64,000 nt of DNA, from positions 96,001 through 160,000 of the forward strand of contig JBGUGD010000015.1 in assembly GCA_041697335.1 (NCBI GenBank), in the 5' to 3' direction. Below are positions 18,925-28,938 of the stretch, piece after piece. The notes under the pieces are model-generated. The model did not search any database. It was not told where the DNA came from and saw nothing but the letters and a program-made list of their open reading frames with translations. The translations under genes and the position numbers were made by a program. Origin of the DNA: Vampirovibrionaceae bacterium NZW_1234. GTDB lineage: Bacteria; Cyanobacteriota; Vampirovibrionia; Vampirovibrionales; JAGQHJ01. Each line of letters begins with the position of its first letter. The first letter of the stretch is position 1.

Positions 18925-19686
18925 ATGCATTTCAGCCCTAAAAACGTGTGTTACCTAGGCATCACCATGGCTCTCATACTGTTGACCGTCATGCCGGTAG
19001 TCGCAGAAAGCCCAAAAACACGTATTCTTGCGCCGACAATCAGGGCTCCTTTACCTCCGTTACCCCCACTACCGGTAGAGACCGACCAACCATCAGCCCA
19101 ACCCCAACCTGTAACCCAGCCCACAGCATCTTCGCTCGAACCAAAGCCGTCTTCAACGTGTGTCGATTTACGTCAACCCATTCGGGAAGTCCTCCAGCAG
19201 GCAACACCCATTCATCTCACCCGTCGGACACCGCCACAACAGGAATATCATTTACGCATGAATATCGTTCAGGCAGCGCTATCGCAGGTTGGACTGAATA
19301 AGCGAGAACACCGAGAATATATCAATAGCACCTTTAGCCGGGGTCGAGATCAGGCGTGGTGCGCAGATTTTGCCTCAACCATCCTGAATTGGGTCCTGGG
19401 GCCAGGGCCACACTTCTCATTGGCCCATGACTTCTATCAATGGGCCCGAAGCGTGGGTAAGTTTACCGCCTCGCCTCAGCCAGGGGATTTGATTTTATTT
19501 AGCTATTCCGGTTGCCATATTGATCACATCGCCTTTGTCCATCGACTGCTACCCAACGGCAGCATTACCACCATTGGGGGCAACGAGGGGCCGGACAAAG
19601 GCGGTACGGGAGGTGGCGGCCAGGTTCAGGAATCCACCTACCCGGTCACGTATCCTTATATCGTTGGCTTTGTAAGTCCGCTTTAG
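18925..19686 (+). CDS. Secreted CHAP-domain peptidoglycan hydrolase
   Basis: Signal peptide, Pro-rich linker, AWCADF, PQPGDLILF, DHIAFV, TIGGN. Confidence 0.8.
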   Translation: MHFSPKNVCYLGITMALILLTVMPVVAESPKTRILAPTIRAPLPPLPPLPVETDQPSAQPQPVTQPTASSLEPKPSSTCVDLRQPIREVLQQATPIHLTRRTPPQQEYHLRMNIVQAALSQVGLNKREHREYINSTFSRGRDQAWCADFASTILNWVLGPGPHFSLAHDFYQWARSVGKFTASPQPGDLILFSYSGCHIDHIAFVHRLLPNGSITTIGGNEGPDKGGTGGGGQVQESTYPVTYPYIVGFVSPL

Positions 19687-20102
19687 GCAGACAGATCCAA
19701 TTTTGCAGCGGTCGTCTTTTTTGCGAGATAATCATCCCGTTCCCGATTCATCAAGTCACGGGTGGGCTTGTCCACTTCCGGTTGCAAGCGATTAATAATT
19801 TTCTGGCCCGCTTCATCCCCGTGCTGTTCAAACAACCCTTTGACCCATTCGCCAATTTTGTTGTGATTGTTTTGCAGGAAACCGGGTACAGCCTGGATGA
19901 ACACCGACTCATAATGACGATTCAAAAACCATTTTGACAACTGCGGCTCACCCGCCTTGGGATCATACGGCTCATCATCGTCCTCGTCGTCCTCATCAAC
20001 CGGTTTGGCTGGCTTGGCTTGTGCCGCAAACTTCACCTGAGACTGTGGTGCAGGCTGACGAACAGGGCCTCGAAATGCCGCATTGGAAACAGCAAACATC
20101 AT
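19683..20102 (-). CDS. Hypothetical protein (leader ending VKFA, acidic tract, C-terminal KLDLSA)
   Basis: ORF with GGGGAG RBS. Confidence 0.7.
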   Translation of the reverse strand: MMFAVSNAAFRGPVRQPAPQSQVKFAAQAKPAKPVDEDDEDDDEPYDPKAGEPQLSKWFLNRHYESVFIQAVPGFLQNNHNKIGEWVKGLFEQHGDEAGQKIINRLQPEVDKPTRDLMNRERDDYLAKKTTAAKLDLSA

Positions 20103-20309
20103 CGTAAATATACTCCCCAAAATTACTCACTCCAATTTAGGTTTCAAATTTACCACAAACAATCTCATTGACAAGCCCTTTGCCCTTCAGGGCAATTTAT
20201 AAAGCGCAATATTTTCAGGGGTAAAACGCAATTTTATACAGAGGTTAGACTTGATTGCGTCAGTGACTAACACCCATAGATCACGTAGGACACAAAGCAG
20301 GTGCGCGCG

Positions 20310-21299
20310 ATGCGAATTTGCTCTCTACCTCCCTTCAAACCGTCTTCATCTAACACAACTCGCTTCGGATGGCATAAACGGCAACCACCCCAAGGTTGGC
20401 GCTTTGAACTGTCATCGGATCACTTTGCCAACCCGGAGACATTAACCTTAAAACCCGAGGTGATTCAGCGCATTGCGGGCACCCTCATTCGAGACACCCT
20501 GGAAAAGCCCGGCTTTGCCTTTATTCCCAACCTTCATCAGTTCACAAATTCGGCTGAAGCTGCATGGCAGTTTCAAAAGACATTGCTTCACGATGTTTAT
20601 CGAATCGCCGAGAAGGCATGGGGACTAGACACTGTCGAGTACCGGCTCGGTGACGTGGTGATTGTTGATCGGGATGCCCAAGGCACAGTAGGCAATCGCG
20701 GAGGCAAGGGAATTTCATCTCTCCACTGGGATGGTGGCATCGACCAGCTGGTCTCATTTCTGTATCAAACCCGAAATCTGCGGGGCGGACTGCCAATGGT
20801 AGGCGATGTCATTCAATACCTTGTCGACAACCATCACACCGCCGGCCTGAGAACCTTGAGTGATTCCGATCCGCGTTATGTCCTCAGGGCTGAATCCCTC
20901 TTGAAAGAGCCTCATCCACGTCCCTCACAATCCAAAACACCGGGATTATTATCCCGCCTGGCCCGGTTCAAAAATCCGGTCCACCCGCTGCAACCCTACC
21001 ATTGGATCATTGATGATCCAGCATTTAGCCAATCGGCCTTTCCCATGGTCATTGTCAACAACCGACGTGAAGACGGTTTGACACACACCGGGACGGCAGT
21101 GAAAAAGCAGGACGAAAATCAACCTGCTGCTCGCGTGTTACGCCAGGTCTTTATTCAAACCGACTTGATCCCTGATCAGAAAATTATTCTGGTCGGGCCC
21201 CCGCCCAATGCACTGGAAAAAACGTTAGTGCCGGAATCCTTAAGCCATAACTTTGACGACCTTCCCGATCAGGCGACTGAACACCATCGCAAGGAATAA
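20310..21299 (+). CDS. Putative TauD-like dioxygenase-fold protein with RFG leader
   Basis: LHWDG (HxD), NLRGG, IVNNR...LTHTG. Confidence 0.5.
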   Translation: MRICSLPPFKPSSSNTTRFGWHKRQPPQGWRFELSSDHFANPETLTLKPEVIQRIAGTLIRDTLEKPGFAFIPNLHQFTNSAEAAWQFQKTLLHDVYRIAEKAWGLDTVEYRLGDVVIVDRDAQGTVGNRGGKGISSLHWDGGIDQLVSFLYQTRNLRGGLPMVGDVIQYLVDNHHTAGLRTLSDSDPRYVLRAESLLKEPHPRPSQSKTPGLLSRLARFKNPVHPLQPYHWIIDDPAFSQSAFPMVIVNNRREDGLTHTGTAVKKQDENQPAARVLRQVFIQTDLIPDQKIILVGPPPNALEKTLVPESLSHNFDDLPDQATEHHRKE

Positions 21300-21318
21300 T
21301 TTTTTTGTTGCCTTCCTC

Positions 21319-21347
21319 TTGACAACGCATGTATCTGCGGTAATAAT
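21319..21347 (+). promoter_or_regulatory. Candidate sigma70 promoter
   Basis: TTGACA-N17-AATAAT. Confidence 0.6.
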
Positions 21348-21393
21348 GAAGACCCTCGTTTAAACTTAGATTGCAAAGAGATTTGCCCCTCCC

Positions 21394-21477
21394 ATGAAAT
21401 TTACCGTAATCAACGTAACTGCAATGATGATGTGCCCGATGCTCCGCCAGGAGGATCGGAACGAGTTGCGCTGTTAA
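21394..21477 (+). CDS. Candidate 27-aa leader peptide MKFTVINVTAMMMCPMLRQEDRNELRC
   Basis: Small ORF between promoter and terminator with an MMMCPM codon cluster; SD is weak. Confidence 0.4.
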   Translation: MKFTVINVTAMMMCPMLRQEDRNELRC

Positions 21478-21500
21478 AACCACGGTAACCCCAATAAAGC

Positions 21501-21550
21501 GACAGCAAACCGCCGACCTCCCCCACTGAGGTCGGCGGTTTGCTTTTGTC
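21501..21550 (+). terminator. Strong intrinsic terminator / possible attenuator
   Basis: 17-bp perfect stem AGCAAACCGCCGACCTC / GAGGTCGGCGGTTTGCT followed by TTT. Confidence 0.8.
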
Positions 21551-21609
21551 CTCATCTTGTCCCTCTACACTATGTTGTCCACTGCTTTCCCAAAAAAAGG
21601 TTCAAGCCC

Positions 21610-22899
21610 ATGTCCACCCCCACTCCACAGCTAGCACCCCCAGCCCACCAGAGGCCCCGCTTTGGCGGTATCTTCGGCAAGGAAGCCATCCAGGGCCTGA
21701 TTGTGGATACCTTAGGCATCCTGGGTCCAAAACTGGTCGTTGCTCGGGGAAGCTTGAACCGCACCGAAGAATGGGTGCTCGAGGGGTTGGAAGACATTGT
21801 GTTCTACTTTACCGTGCCCGCTGTGGGGCTCTACGGCTTTTCCAAGCTTTTCCAGTCTCAACTAAAAACGCTGGGCACCAAAATTTCCTCGGTGGCCTTG
21901 GGGAAAGCCCTGCCCCCGGCGTTATTGAAAAATCGTTTTGTGTTGGGAGCCAAAACGGGAACCCTGCTGGCCACCATTGCGGTGGCCGCAGGGATGGAAT
22001 TTCTGGTGCCTCATGTGCGCAATTTCATTACTGCCAAAGCCTACAATGCCAAAAATTTTACGGCGGTGGCCAATCTGGAAGCCGCCCGCTCCACGGTCAA
22101 AGCCGGTGAGTCTGATCCTGTGGAGAAAGCCAAATCCCGGATTTTACCCGTTGCTCTCAGTGTGGCCGGTCTCGTCGGATTGGCCTTCTGCTTACCCAAA
22201 CTGGTGGCCAAAAGCAGCGCCTGGCAGAAAGCGGCCCAGACCTTTACCAAATACGTAGATTTTGGCTCCAGCAGCCCCTTTGATATGTCCAAACCCATTC
22301 TGGCCATTTTGGCACTCGTCGGACTAGGCGGCTACTTGGATGCCACCCGGGATAAACTCGAATTAAAAGAAGTCGCAACCCGTGTGGCACTTTTTACCAT
22401 TCCCTATTATTTGTTTGGGAAGGAATTGGCCGGAAACCTTCTGGGACGATTGATCCAAAACCAGCATGTCAAACTCAACGGCAAATCGGTGGCCATTAAA
22501 AGCCTTGTCCCTTTTATTAATCCCAAGCTGCCCAAATCATCGTTCCTAGATTTCAACCAACTGGTCAGCAATACCCATGTGGTTCAGACCCTGGATAAAT
22601 TAAAACTCCCCGCCAGTGTCAAATCAGCCATTGTGGGCAAACATACCTTTATTGGCTACGCCCGGTTTATTTTAAGTGCCCTGGTTGTCGGCGTTGTGGC
22701 AAATCTAGTGGCTTTTCATCAGACCAAGCAACGCCATCAGGAGGCTCAAAAAGCCAACGCCACAAAAGAAAGTCACACCAATTTTACCTTCCAACCCATT
22801 CTGGCAGATCCGTTAAAAGGCCCTCATCAACATCTCCCCTTTGTATACCCCACTCACGCCAACCAGCCTGCGTTTGCCAGAACCTCTTTCCGAATCTAA
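21610..22899 (+). CDS. Hypothetical multi-pass membrane protein with RFG leader
   Basis: 429-aa ORF; several hydrophobic segments; N-terminus MSTPTPQLAPPAHQRPRFGG. Confidence 0.75.
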   Translation: MSTPTPQLAPPAHQRPRFGGIFGKEAIQGLIVDTLGILGPKLVVARGSLNRTEEWVLEGLEDIVFYFTVPAVGLYGFSKLFQSQLKTLGTKISSVALGKALPPALLKNRFVLGAKTGTLLATIAVAAGMEFLVPHVRNFITAKAYNAKNFTAVANLEAARSTVKAGESDPVEKAKSRILPVALSVAGLVGLAFCLPKLVAKSSAWQKAAQTFTKYVDFGSSSPFDMSKPILAILALVGLGGYLDATRDKLELKEVATRVALFTIPYYLFGKELAGNLLGRLIQNQHVKLNGKSVAIKSLVPFINPKLPKSSFLDFNQLVSNTHVVQTLDKLKLPASVKSAIVGKHTFIGYARFILSALVVGVVANLVAFHQTKQRHQEAQKANATKESHTNFTFQPILADPLKGPHQHLPFVYPTHANQPAFARTSFRI

Positions 22900-22976
22900 T
22901 GCCGTCATGACATCAAGCTATCCTTCATGCAGACGCGTTTGCCCCCGACGCCCCGTTTGAACATCAATACACCCTT

Positions 22977-23408
22977 TGTAACGATTCAGACATAACCTAT
23001 CACAACAAAAGCTAAAGATTGTTTTTATATTTTTGAAGAGAGTAAGGAAATAGAAGAGGTGATTTCACATGAGTTGGATTTTAAGTTTTTCATCGCCAAA
23101 CCCCATGAATGCAGGGCCTGCCCCTGCTAGTGAGCCTGCAGGGATGGCGAATACTGAGCCGTTCCCGGAATTTCCCGATTTTAACAATCCACCCAATGGT
23201 TTACCTGTGCCGCCGGTGTTTGACATGGGTCAGGAGACTTATCAGCCCAACTATCAGTTTAACCTCCTGATGCCGGTTGATCGCCAACAGCTTTGGAGCC
23301 TTCGCCCAGTCTTTGCCTAAAGAGCTTGTTTTGAAATCATTTCAACCGACTGTAACGATTTTGACAAGATGTATCACAACAAAATCCTAATATTGTTTTT
23401 ATATTTTT
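22977..23408 (+). repeat. Duplicated 58-bp upstream element (22977-23034 and 23351-23408)
   Basis: 48/58 identical by hand alignment: TGTAACGATT..GACA....TATCACAACAAAA.....ATTGTTTTTATATTTTT. Confidence 0.85.
23069..23320 (+). CDS. Small Pro-rich protein, paralog of the N-terminus of the next gene
   Basis: GAGGT RBS; SFSSPNPMNAGPAP matches SFSSPNPMIAGLPP. Confidence 0.6.
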   Translation: MSWILSFSSPNPMNAGPAPASEPAGMANTEPFPEFPDFNNPPNGLPVPPVFDMGQETYQPNYQFNLLMPVDRQQLWSLRPVFA

Positions 23409-23515
23409 AGAGTAGTTATCCATCGTACTTGGTCTCGCACAGCCCCGCCCATCATCTGGCGGTCGGCTTCACGTGCCAAATTGATGAGTTAGGAATAAGA
23501 AAGAGGTACACCCGC

Positions 23516-24697
23516 ATGGATGTTGCATCAAATTTTACGAGTTTTTCATCGCCAAATCCAATGATTGCAGGCCTACCTCCTGCCCGCCCAACCCCTGAGC
23601 CTCCGGGCATGGCCATTGGATTAATCGCACCTGATCCGGATCCCATGCCGATGGGCCTTCCTGCCCCGCCTTGGGGATGGCCAAGCCCACCTACGTTCCC
23701 ACCTCCACCCTCTTTCCCCCCCATTCCGGAGCCCCCGATTTCATACCCGCCCATTCCGCAACCCCCCAAGCCACCCATGCCCCCGAAGCCGCCAATCCCC
23801 CCTATTGGCCCGCCAGGTGGCACCATCCAAAACGGCCAGTTTATTCCTTCTTTTGAATTGTGCTTGGCCGTCCAGCGGGAAAAAGATCCCAAAAAGCGTG
23901 CCTTACTTGTTGAAAAAGCCATCTTTGGTGCAGATATTCCCAATGATGCCAATAAAAAGCGTGAAGCCATCAACAAGCTCTTCGGTATCAACATCAAGAG
24001 CGGCCCCAATAAAAACAAGCAAGCGGCAGCGCTATTTGACAAGATTATCAATGAAACAACAACCAAACTCTTCAATGACAAGAAGTGTGGTTGCGCCCCC
24101 ATTGATTTCTCAGGCTACAAGAAAACCGCCCAAGGCATCATTAAAGTCGCCTCCCCCTTGGTACTGGATCTCAACGGCGACGGCGTGCGGATGTCCAGTC
24201 GTGAAGTCAAATTTGACGCCGATGCCGATGGCCGAAAAGATACCATCAATGACATTTCTGAAGGTGATGGCGTCTTGGTCCTTGATACCAACAAGAACGG
24301 CAAGGCCGGCGAAAACGGCCGAGAAGTTCTGGGCGACCTGACCGACCTCGATGGCGACGGCAAAGCCGATGGCTATAAAGACGGCTATGAAGCCCTGAAA
24401 GCTCTCGTGAGCAAGGCCGCTCAGCGTGGTCTGGTTAACGAGGACGACGTCCTGGATGCTACGGAGTTGGCAACCTTAGAGCGTGAATACGGTCTGAAGA
24501 TTAAGACCGGTAGCCTCAATGGCACCGCCAAATCTCTGAGCGAGGTCGGTGTCACCGAGATTCGACTGTCCTCCGGGGCCAAGTCAACTCAAACCAATTT
24601 CGACGAGCTCGGCAATGACCTGATGACTCAGGAAGGTGCTGTGGCCACCGTCAATGGCGAAACCCGCGAATATGCGGACATCTTCTTCCAAGTGTAA
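23516..24697 (+). CDS. Pro-rich N-terminus plus 'PLVLDLNGDG' Ca-binding-type C-terminal domain
   Basis: AAGAGGT RBS before ATG 23516; SPLVLDLNGDG, FDADADG, DGVLVLDTNKNG, DLDGDG. Confidence 0.8.
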   Translation: MDVASNFTSFSSPNPMIAGLPPARPTPEPPGMAIGLIAPDPDPMPMGLPAPPWGWPSPPTFPPPPSFPPIPEPPISYPPIPQPPKPPMPPKPPIPPIGPPGGTIQNGQFIPSFELCLAVQREKDPKKRALLVEKAIFGADIPNDANKKREAINKLFGINIKSGPNKNKQAAALFDKIINETTTKLFNDKKCGCAPIDFSGYKKTAQGIIKVASPLVLDLNGDGVRMSSREVKFDADADGRKDTINDISEGDGVLVLDTNKNGKAGENGREVLGDLTDLDGDGKADGYKDGYEALKALVSKAAQRGLVNEDDVLDATELATLEREYGLKIKTGSLNGTAKSLSEVGVTEIRLSSGAKSTQTNFDELGNDLMTQEGAVATVNGETREYADIFFQV

Positions 24698-24879
24698 TTC
24701 GCCGTTATAACCCCGATTTCATGTATCCCGCTGCTCCAGACATCCAGGGCAGCGGGATACACACGTCAAGACCGCCAATTAAATTACAAGTGTAACATTT
24801 TATTGCGTCACCATGGCATTTCAGCCCTCTTATGGTTTTATAAGGGGGTGTTGGTATATCAGGGACGAGGGCTCTATCG

Positions 24880-25851
24880 ATGATTCCGGTTTCCGGATAC
24901 GCAAACCTCTGGCCAATCAAAACTCCGGGGCAAGTTCGGATGCGAAGTGAAAGCCCGGTAAAAACACCGATGACCTTATCCTCCGTTCACGCCTCAGATA
25001 AAGCCGAGGCATTGAAGCGGATCGAAGCCCTCATAAAACCCTTGGTCTATGGGGTCGATCTGGATGCACTTTTGGCTCCTGAGCAAGCATTTAAAGTACA
25101 TCCGCAAGGAGGACGCTTGTGGTTTGAAAACCTGATAACAGCGAAGCCTACCGGGACTCGGGGCTTGTGTGATGATTTGGTGGCAAGCACCCTAATGCGG
25201 CTTCAACACGATCCGGCTATTCAAAAGCACTTTGAATTCCGAGTTGCACGAGGCTCCACTCCCTCTTTTTTTCCATACACCCTAAGGCATGCCGCGCACA
25301 CGTACTTGGTGGGTATCCCCAAAACCCCTGGGGAACAAACTCGAATTCTTCAGGAATTGGAACGCTGCCCCAGAAAGATTCCCACAGGATGCCTGATCCT
25401 TGATCCAAGCCTGAAACAATTGCACTGGGTTACGCCCAATTATTATCCGGACTCTCAAACTCCCAACTACTTTATTTGTGGCGCTTTACTATCCCCAGAG
25501 CGTTTTTTAACCGAGCACAATACACCTGGTCATCAGTTTGCCTTTTATCAAAAAACCTGGGAAACCCATCCCATTTTATTGGGGGATCTGACGTCCTTCG
25601 TTCCATCCAAAGCCTCTGGCTTAGCTCCTGAAAAGCGGCGCCTCCTGTATTTCACCCTGAAGCACTTGCCCACGCAAGCACCTGAATTTTCGCTGTGGTT
25701 ACAAGAACCCAGTGGCCAGTTGAAACGCAGTCCGGCCTTAAAGCAGCTTCTCGCCCAGCCCAAACTGCCCGTGGAAACCCAGAAACTGTCCCAATTTCTG
25801 AACAGACTCATTGGTGATCTCACGCCAAGGGCAAGCAGTATCTCTGCCTAA
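24880..25851 (+). CDS. Hypothetical protein with candidate Cys-His-Asp (transglutaminase/papain-like) triad
   Basis: GLCDDL...HTYLV...LILDPS. Confidence 0.55.
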   Translation: MIPVSGYANLWPIKTPGQVRMRSESPVKTPMTLSSVHASDKAEALKRIEALIKPLVYGVDLDALLAPEQAFKVHPQGGRLWFENLITAKPTGTRGLCDDLVASTLMRLQHDPAIQKHFEFRVARGSTPSFFPYTLRHAAHTYLVGIPKTPGEQTRILQELERCPRKIPTGCLILDPSLKQLHWVTPNYYPDSQTPNYFICGALLSPERFLTEHNTPGHQFAFYQKTWETHPILLGDLTSFVPSKASGLAPEKRRLLYFTLKHLPTQAPEFSLWLQEPSGQLKRSPALKQLLAQPKLPVETQKLSQFLNRLIGDLTPRASSISA

Positions 25852-25885
25852 AGAAGCCACGCAACCGTTTTCTGAAGGCCCACTG

Positions 25886-26164
25886 CTAAGCTTTGCCCCC
25901 GATAATGATCTGGGCCACATGCTGCTTCAAGGATTGGGAGATTGGGGTTTTATCGCTTTCAGCGAGCCAACATTGCTTAATGGCTTGCAAATGGCTCCGA
26001 GTGGTACGAACCATGACCCGATTCTGATGATGAGCAAGAACTTCGCAATCCAAGTCCGTCATAAGCTGTTTTGCCTCTGAGATCAACGTGTCAGAAGCAG
26101 TATGAAAAACAAAAATTCCTTTGACCTGTTGTCCCGTGGGGTGGGTAACTCGTTTTCGATTCAT
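25886..26164 (-). CDS. Small hypothetical protein
   Basis: 92-aa ORF filling the gap; AGGA upstream. Confidence 0.4.
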   Translation of the reverse strand: MNRKRVTHPTGQQVKGIFVFHTASDTLISEAKQLMTDLDCEVLAHHQNRVMVRTTRSHLQAIKQCWLAESDKTPISQSLKQHVAQIIIGGKA

Positions 26165-26486
26165 GGATCCGATATCCTAAATCCACTTTGACGTTTTTTT
26201 GGGGGTGTTGCGACCTCGTAAGGATATGATGCCTCATATTGCCTTGAAAAACACATCCAAAAGAAAAATGTCTTGCAAAATAAAACGAAGCGCCCACCCC
26301 ATCCCCCCATCAAGAGGCCCATACTGGTTTGGGGAAGATTAGAGCGCATATTCAAGATGGCTCCAATGGCTATAGGCTTGGGCAAAGCGAGACTTTATAC
26401 TATAGAGAAACGAGGGGATACATTTAATCTGGCTTCTACCGTTCTCGATCGTCTTCAGACCACCGGCCGAAACAGGAGGTTGCCTC

Positions 26487-27572
26487 ATGCCAACTCCGGT
26501 ACATCTGCTCATTGTAGAAGACTCGGACCAGGACACTCAAAACCTGGTGGAAACGCTGAGCCATGCTGGGCTTCGAGCGGATTATCAGCGGGTTGAAACG
26601 GCAGAGGACTTTAAAAAAGCCTTGCTCCAGAATTCCTGGGATGTCATCGTGTGTGATACACAACTCAGGCGCTTTAGTGAGCCAGCGGCACTGGAAGCCC
26701 TCAAGGAAAGCAAGCTGGATATTCCCTTCATCGTCATCTCCGATACACTGGATGAGCAGACCATGGTTGAAACCATGAAGGCAGGGGCAAGCAATTACAT
26801 TTCGAAAAAAAATCTGGACCAGCTGACACCCACCATTTACCGGGAAATAACAGATAGTGAGCACCGGCATGCGCGACAACAAGTCGAATGGGAGCTGGAG
26901 AAAGTTATTGAAACGTTGACTCACGATTTGCGGATTCCGCTTCTTGCCGAGCAACAAGTCCTGGAATCCGTCACCTTGGGAGGCTTTGGAGCACTGAGTG
27001 ATGACCTTCAGGCAGTCATGCAAGAGCTCCTGCAATCCAACTATTTTGAACAGCATATGCTCAATAATATCCTGGACTCGTACAAATACCGCCAGCATAA
27101 AATTACACTCAACAAGGTTCACATTGATCTCAATGCATTCTTGGAGCAATTTAGCGGCTGTGTCTTAGTGAAACCCCTGGTTCGGGAAAAAGCCGTCCAA
27201 ATTGAGCTGGATTTGGATACGGCCCTGAGCCGTGTGGATATGGATCCCCATGAAATTCAGCGTGTCATGATCAATTTAATTAAAAACGCAGCCGAGCATT
27301 CGCCCTACGGGGGAACCGTGACAATATCCACTCAACAGTACAAAACCCATGTGGCTGTCGGGGTTCGCGATCGGGGTCATGGGATTGAACCCAGCATATT
27401 GCCCTACATTTTTAAACCCTTTGCCGGGGCGTCACATAAAAAGCTACGCTCTGTCAGTGTCGGCTTAGGGCTTTATGTCTCGAAGAAAATCATCGAAGCC
27501 CATCAAGGAAAAATTGGCTTCAAAAGCACCCAGGACGAGGGTACCTGTTTTTATTTCGAACTGCCCAACTAA
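26487..27572 (+). CDS. Hybrid response-regulator receiver / histidine kinase
   Basis: REC (LLIVEDS, VIVCD, GASNYISK), H-box LTHDLRIPL, N-box NLIKNA, DRGHGI, GLGLY. Confidence 0.9.
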   Translation: MPTPVHLLIVEDSDQDTQNLVETLSHAGLRADYQRVETAEDFKKALLQNSWDVIVCDTQLRRFSEPAALEALKESKLDIPFIVISDTLDEQTMVETMKAGASNYISKKNLDQLTPTIYREITDSEHRHARQQVEWELEKVIETLTHDLRIPLLAEQQVLESVTLGGFGALSDDLQAVMQELLQSNYFEQHMLNNILDSYKYRQHKITLNKVHIDLNAFLEQFSGCVLVKPLVREKAVQIELDLDTALSRVDMDPHEIQRVMINLIKNAAEHSPYGGTVTISTQQYKTHVAVGVRDRGHGIEPSILPYIFKPFAGASHKKLRSVSVGLGLYVSKKIIEAHQGKIGFKSTQDEGTCFYFELPN

Positions 27573-27584
27573 TCCTCGTTAGGT

Positions 27585-27956
27585 TTAGGAGCGACGCCGT
27601 GCCCCTGGGGTCATCATTTCCAGGCCCTGGTCCAGGTTTTCCTCGAGACTCTGCTGGTTATCCTTCCAGGCCTTTTCCGTCAATTCCTGATAACTGGCTG
27701 TGCATTCCTGCAGGGTTTTCACATAGCTCTTCTGAAACCGCGTCATGTTATCAATCCAGGCATCGGTCCAGCGCAAGCTTTCTTCTTGCATGGTCCGTGC
27801 AAATTCATAGCCGGTTCGCATGCTGCGGCGATTAAATTCGATCACCGCATGGATGGTCCGGCGATTATTGGTCAGAACCGATCCCATGGTATCTTGGGCG
27901 CGTTGGAAGGCTTGCTCTGTGGTTCGCTCTGCTCGTGCTCTTGAACTTTCCGCCAT
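27585..27956 (-). CDS. Putative phasin (PHA granule-associated protein)
   Basis: Helical, Q/E/T/R-rich; divergent from phaR; AAGGAG RBS; PhaR-like box upstream. Confidence 0.55.
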   Translation of the reverse strand: MAESSRARAERTTEQAFQRAQDTMGSVLTNNRRTIHAVIEFNRRSMRTGYEFARTMQEESLRWTDAWIDNMTRFQKSYVKTLQECTASYQELTEKAWKDNQQSLEENLDQGLEMMTPGARRRS

Positions 27957-28214
27957 TGAGACTCTCCTTCTTGTCGTCATTACTGTGGTTTAGTCCAGAT
28001 CCACCCCTTGGGTCGTTTGCGTTTGCACAAAACCACGTCGGAATTATTGAAGTACTATTTCCCAACCCGAGGCCAAATCCATCCGCCAGACGGCCAATTT
28101 CCAGGAGCAATTTCAAGCTTATTATCCCATTAGTACATTTAGTACATTTGCCCGCCGGATGAATTCACATTCAGACATTGCGGACAAAGACAAAAAAATA
28201 GGGCATCCTGTTTG

Positions 28215-28228
28215 TGTGCAGATGCACA
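28215..28228. promoter_or_regulatory. Candidate PhaR operator TGTGCA-N2-TGCACA (related copies at 28016-28029 and 28906-28919)
   Basis: TGTGCAGATGCACA; TTTGCGTTTGCACA; TGTGCAAGTGCACT. Confidence 0.6.
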
Positions 28229-28323
28229 AGAACCAGCCTCTGCCAAACAAGCAACCGCGAGGATAGGCCGCGTGTGAACGATGATCATCCTTATCGGTAA
28301 AGTCGTCGAGGGCTTCAGGGGAA

Positions 28324-28899
28324 ATGAGCCGTATGAACACCCATCCTGTCAAAATTAAAAAATATGGCAACCGGCGGCTATATGACACTCATCAAAAGCG
28401 CTATATCACGCTGGATGAACTTCGCTGTCTGATTCAGTCCGGCCATGAAGTGTGCGTTGTCGATGCCACCACAGAGGAGGACATTACCCAACCGGTGTTG
28501 ATTCAGTTGATTCTGGATGACCAGAAAGAACACGGCTACCGCATTTTTAGCAGCCAAATGCTGCATCAGTTAATCCAATATCGAGACGAGTCCATTGCCC
28601 TGTTTTATCAGGAGTACCTGCCCCGGATCTTTCAGGCCTATCTGGACTGGCATCATCAAACCCAAGCCCAGTTTTTGAATTGGGCCACCCTGGGCCTGGT
28701 GGCTAATGCCTACTCTCGTGAGTACTGGCTTCCCGGATTGCCGTTTTCTCTTGGGGCATCTTCATCCAGTGATTCAGAGACCTCGGGCACAGCACCTGAA
28801 TCCAAAACAGAACCCCAGGCCGAAATTATCGAACTCCGTCAAAAGGTTGCCCAGCTGGAAACACAGCTGCAGTTACGCCATCAGCGTCACCAACGTTAA
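28324..28899 (+). CDS. phaR: Polyhydroxyalkanoate synthesis repressor PhaR
   Basis: KIKKYGNRRLYDT...YITLDEL...VVDATTEEDIT...LIQLI (PHB_acc_N). Confidence 0.9.
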   Translation: MSRMNTHPVKIKKYGNRRLYDTHQKRYITLDELRCLIQSGHEVCVVDATTEEDITQPVLIQLILDDQKEHGYRIFSSQMLHQLIQYRDESIALFYQEYLPRIFQAYLDWHHQTQAQFLNWATLGLVANAYSREYWLPGLPFSLGASSSSDSETSGTAPESKTEPQAEIIELRQKVAQLETQLQLRHQRHQR

Positions 28900-28938
28900 T
28901 GTCATTGTGCAAGTGCACTAGAAAACTAAGGAGGGTCT

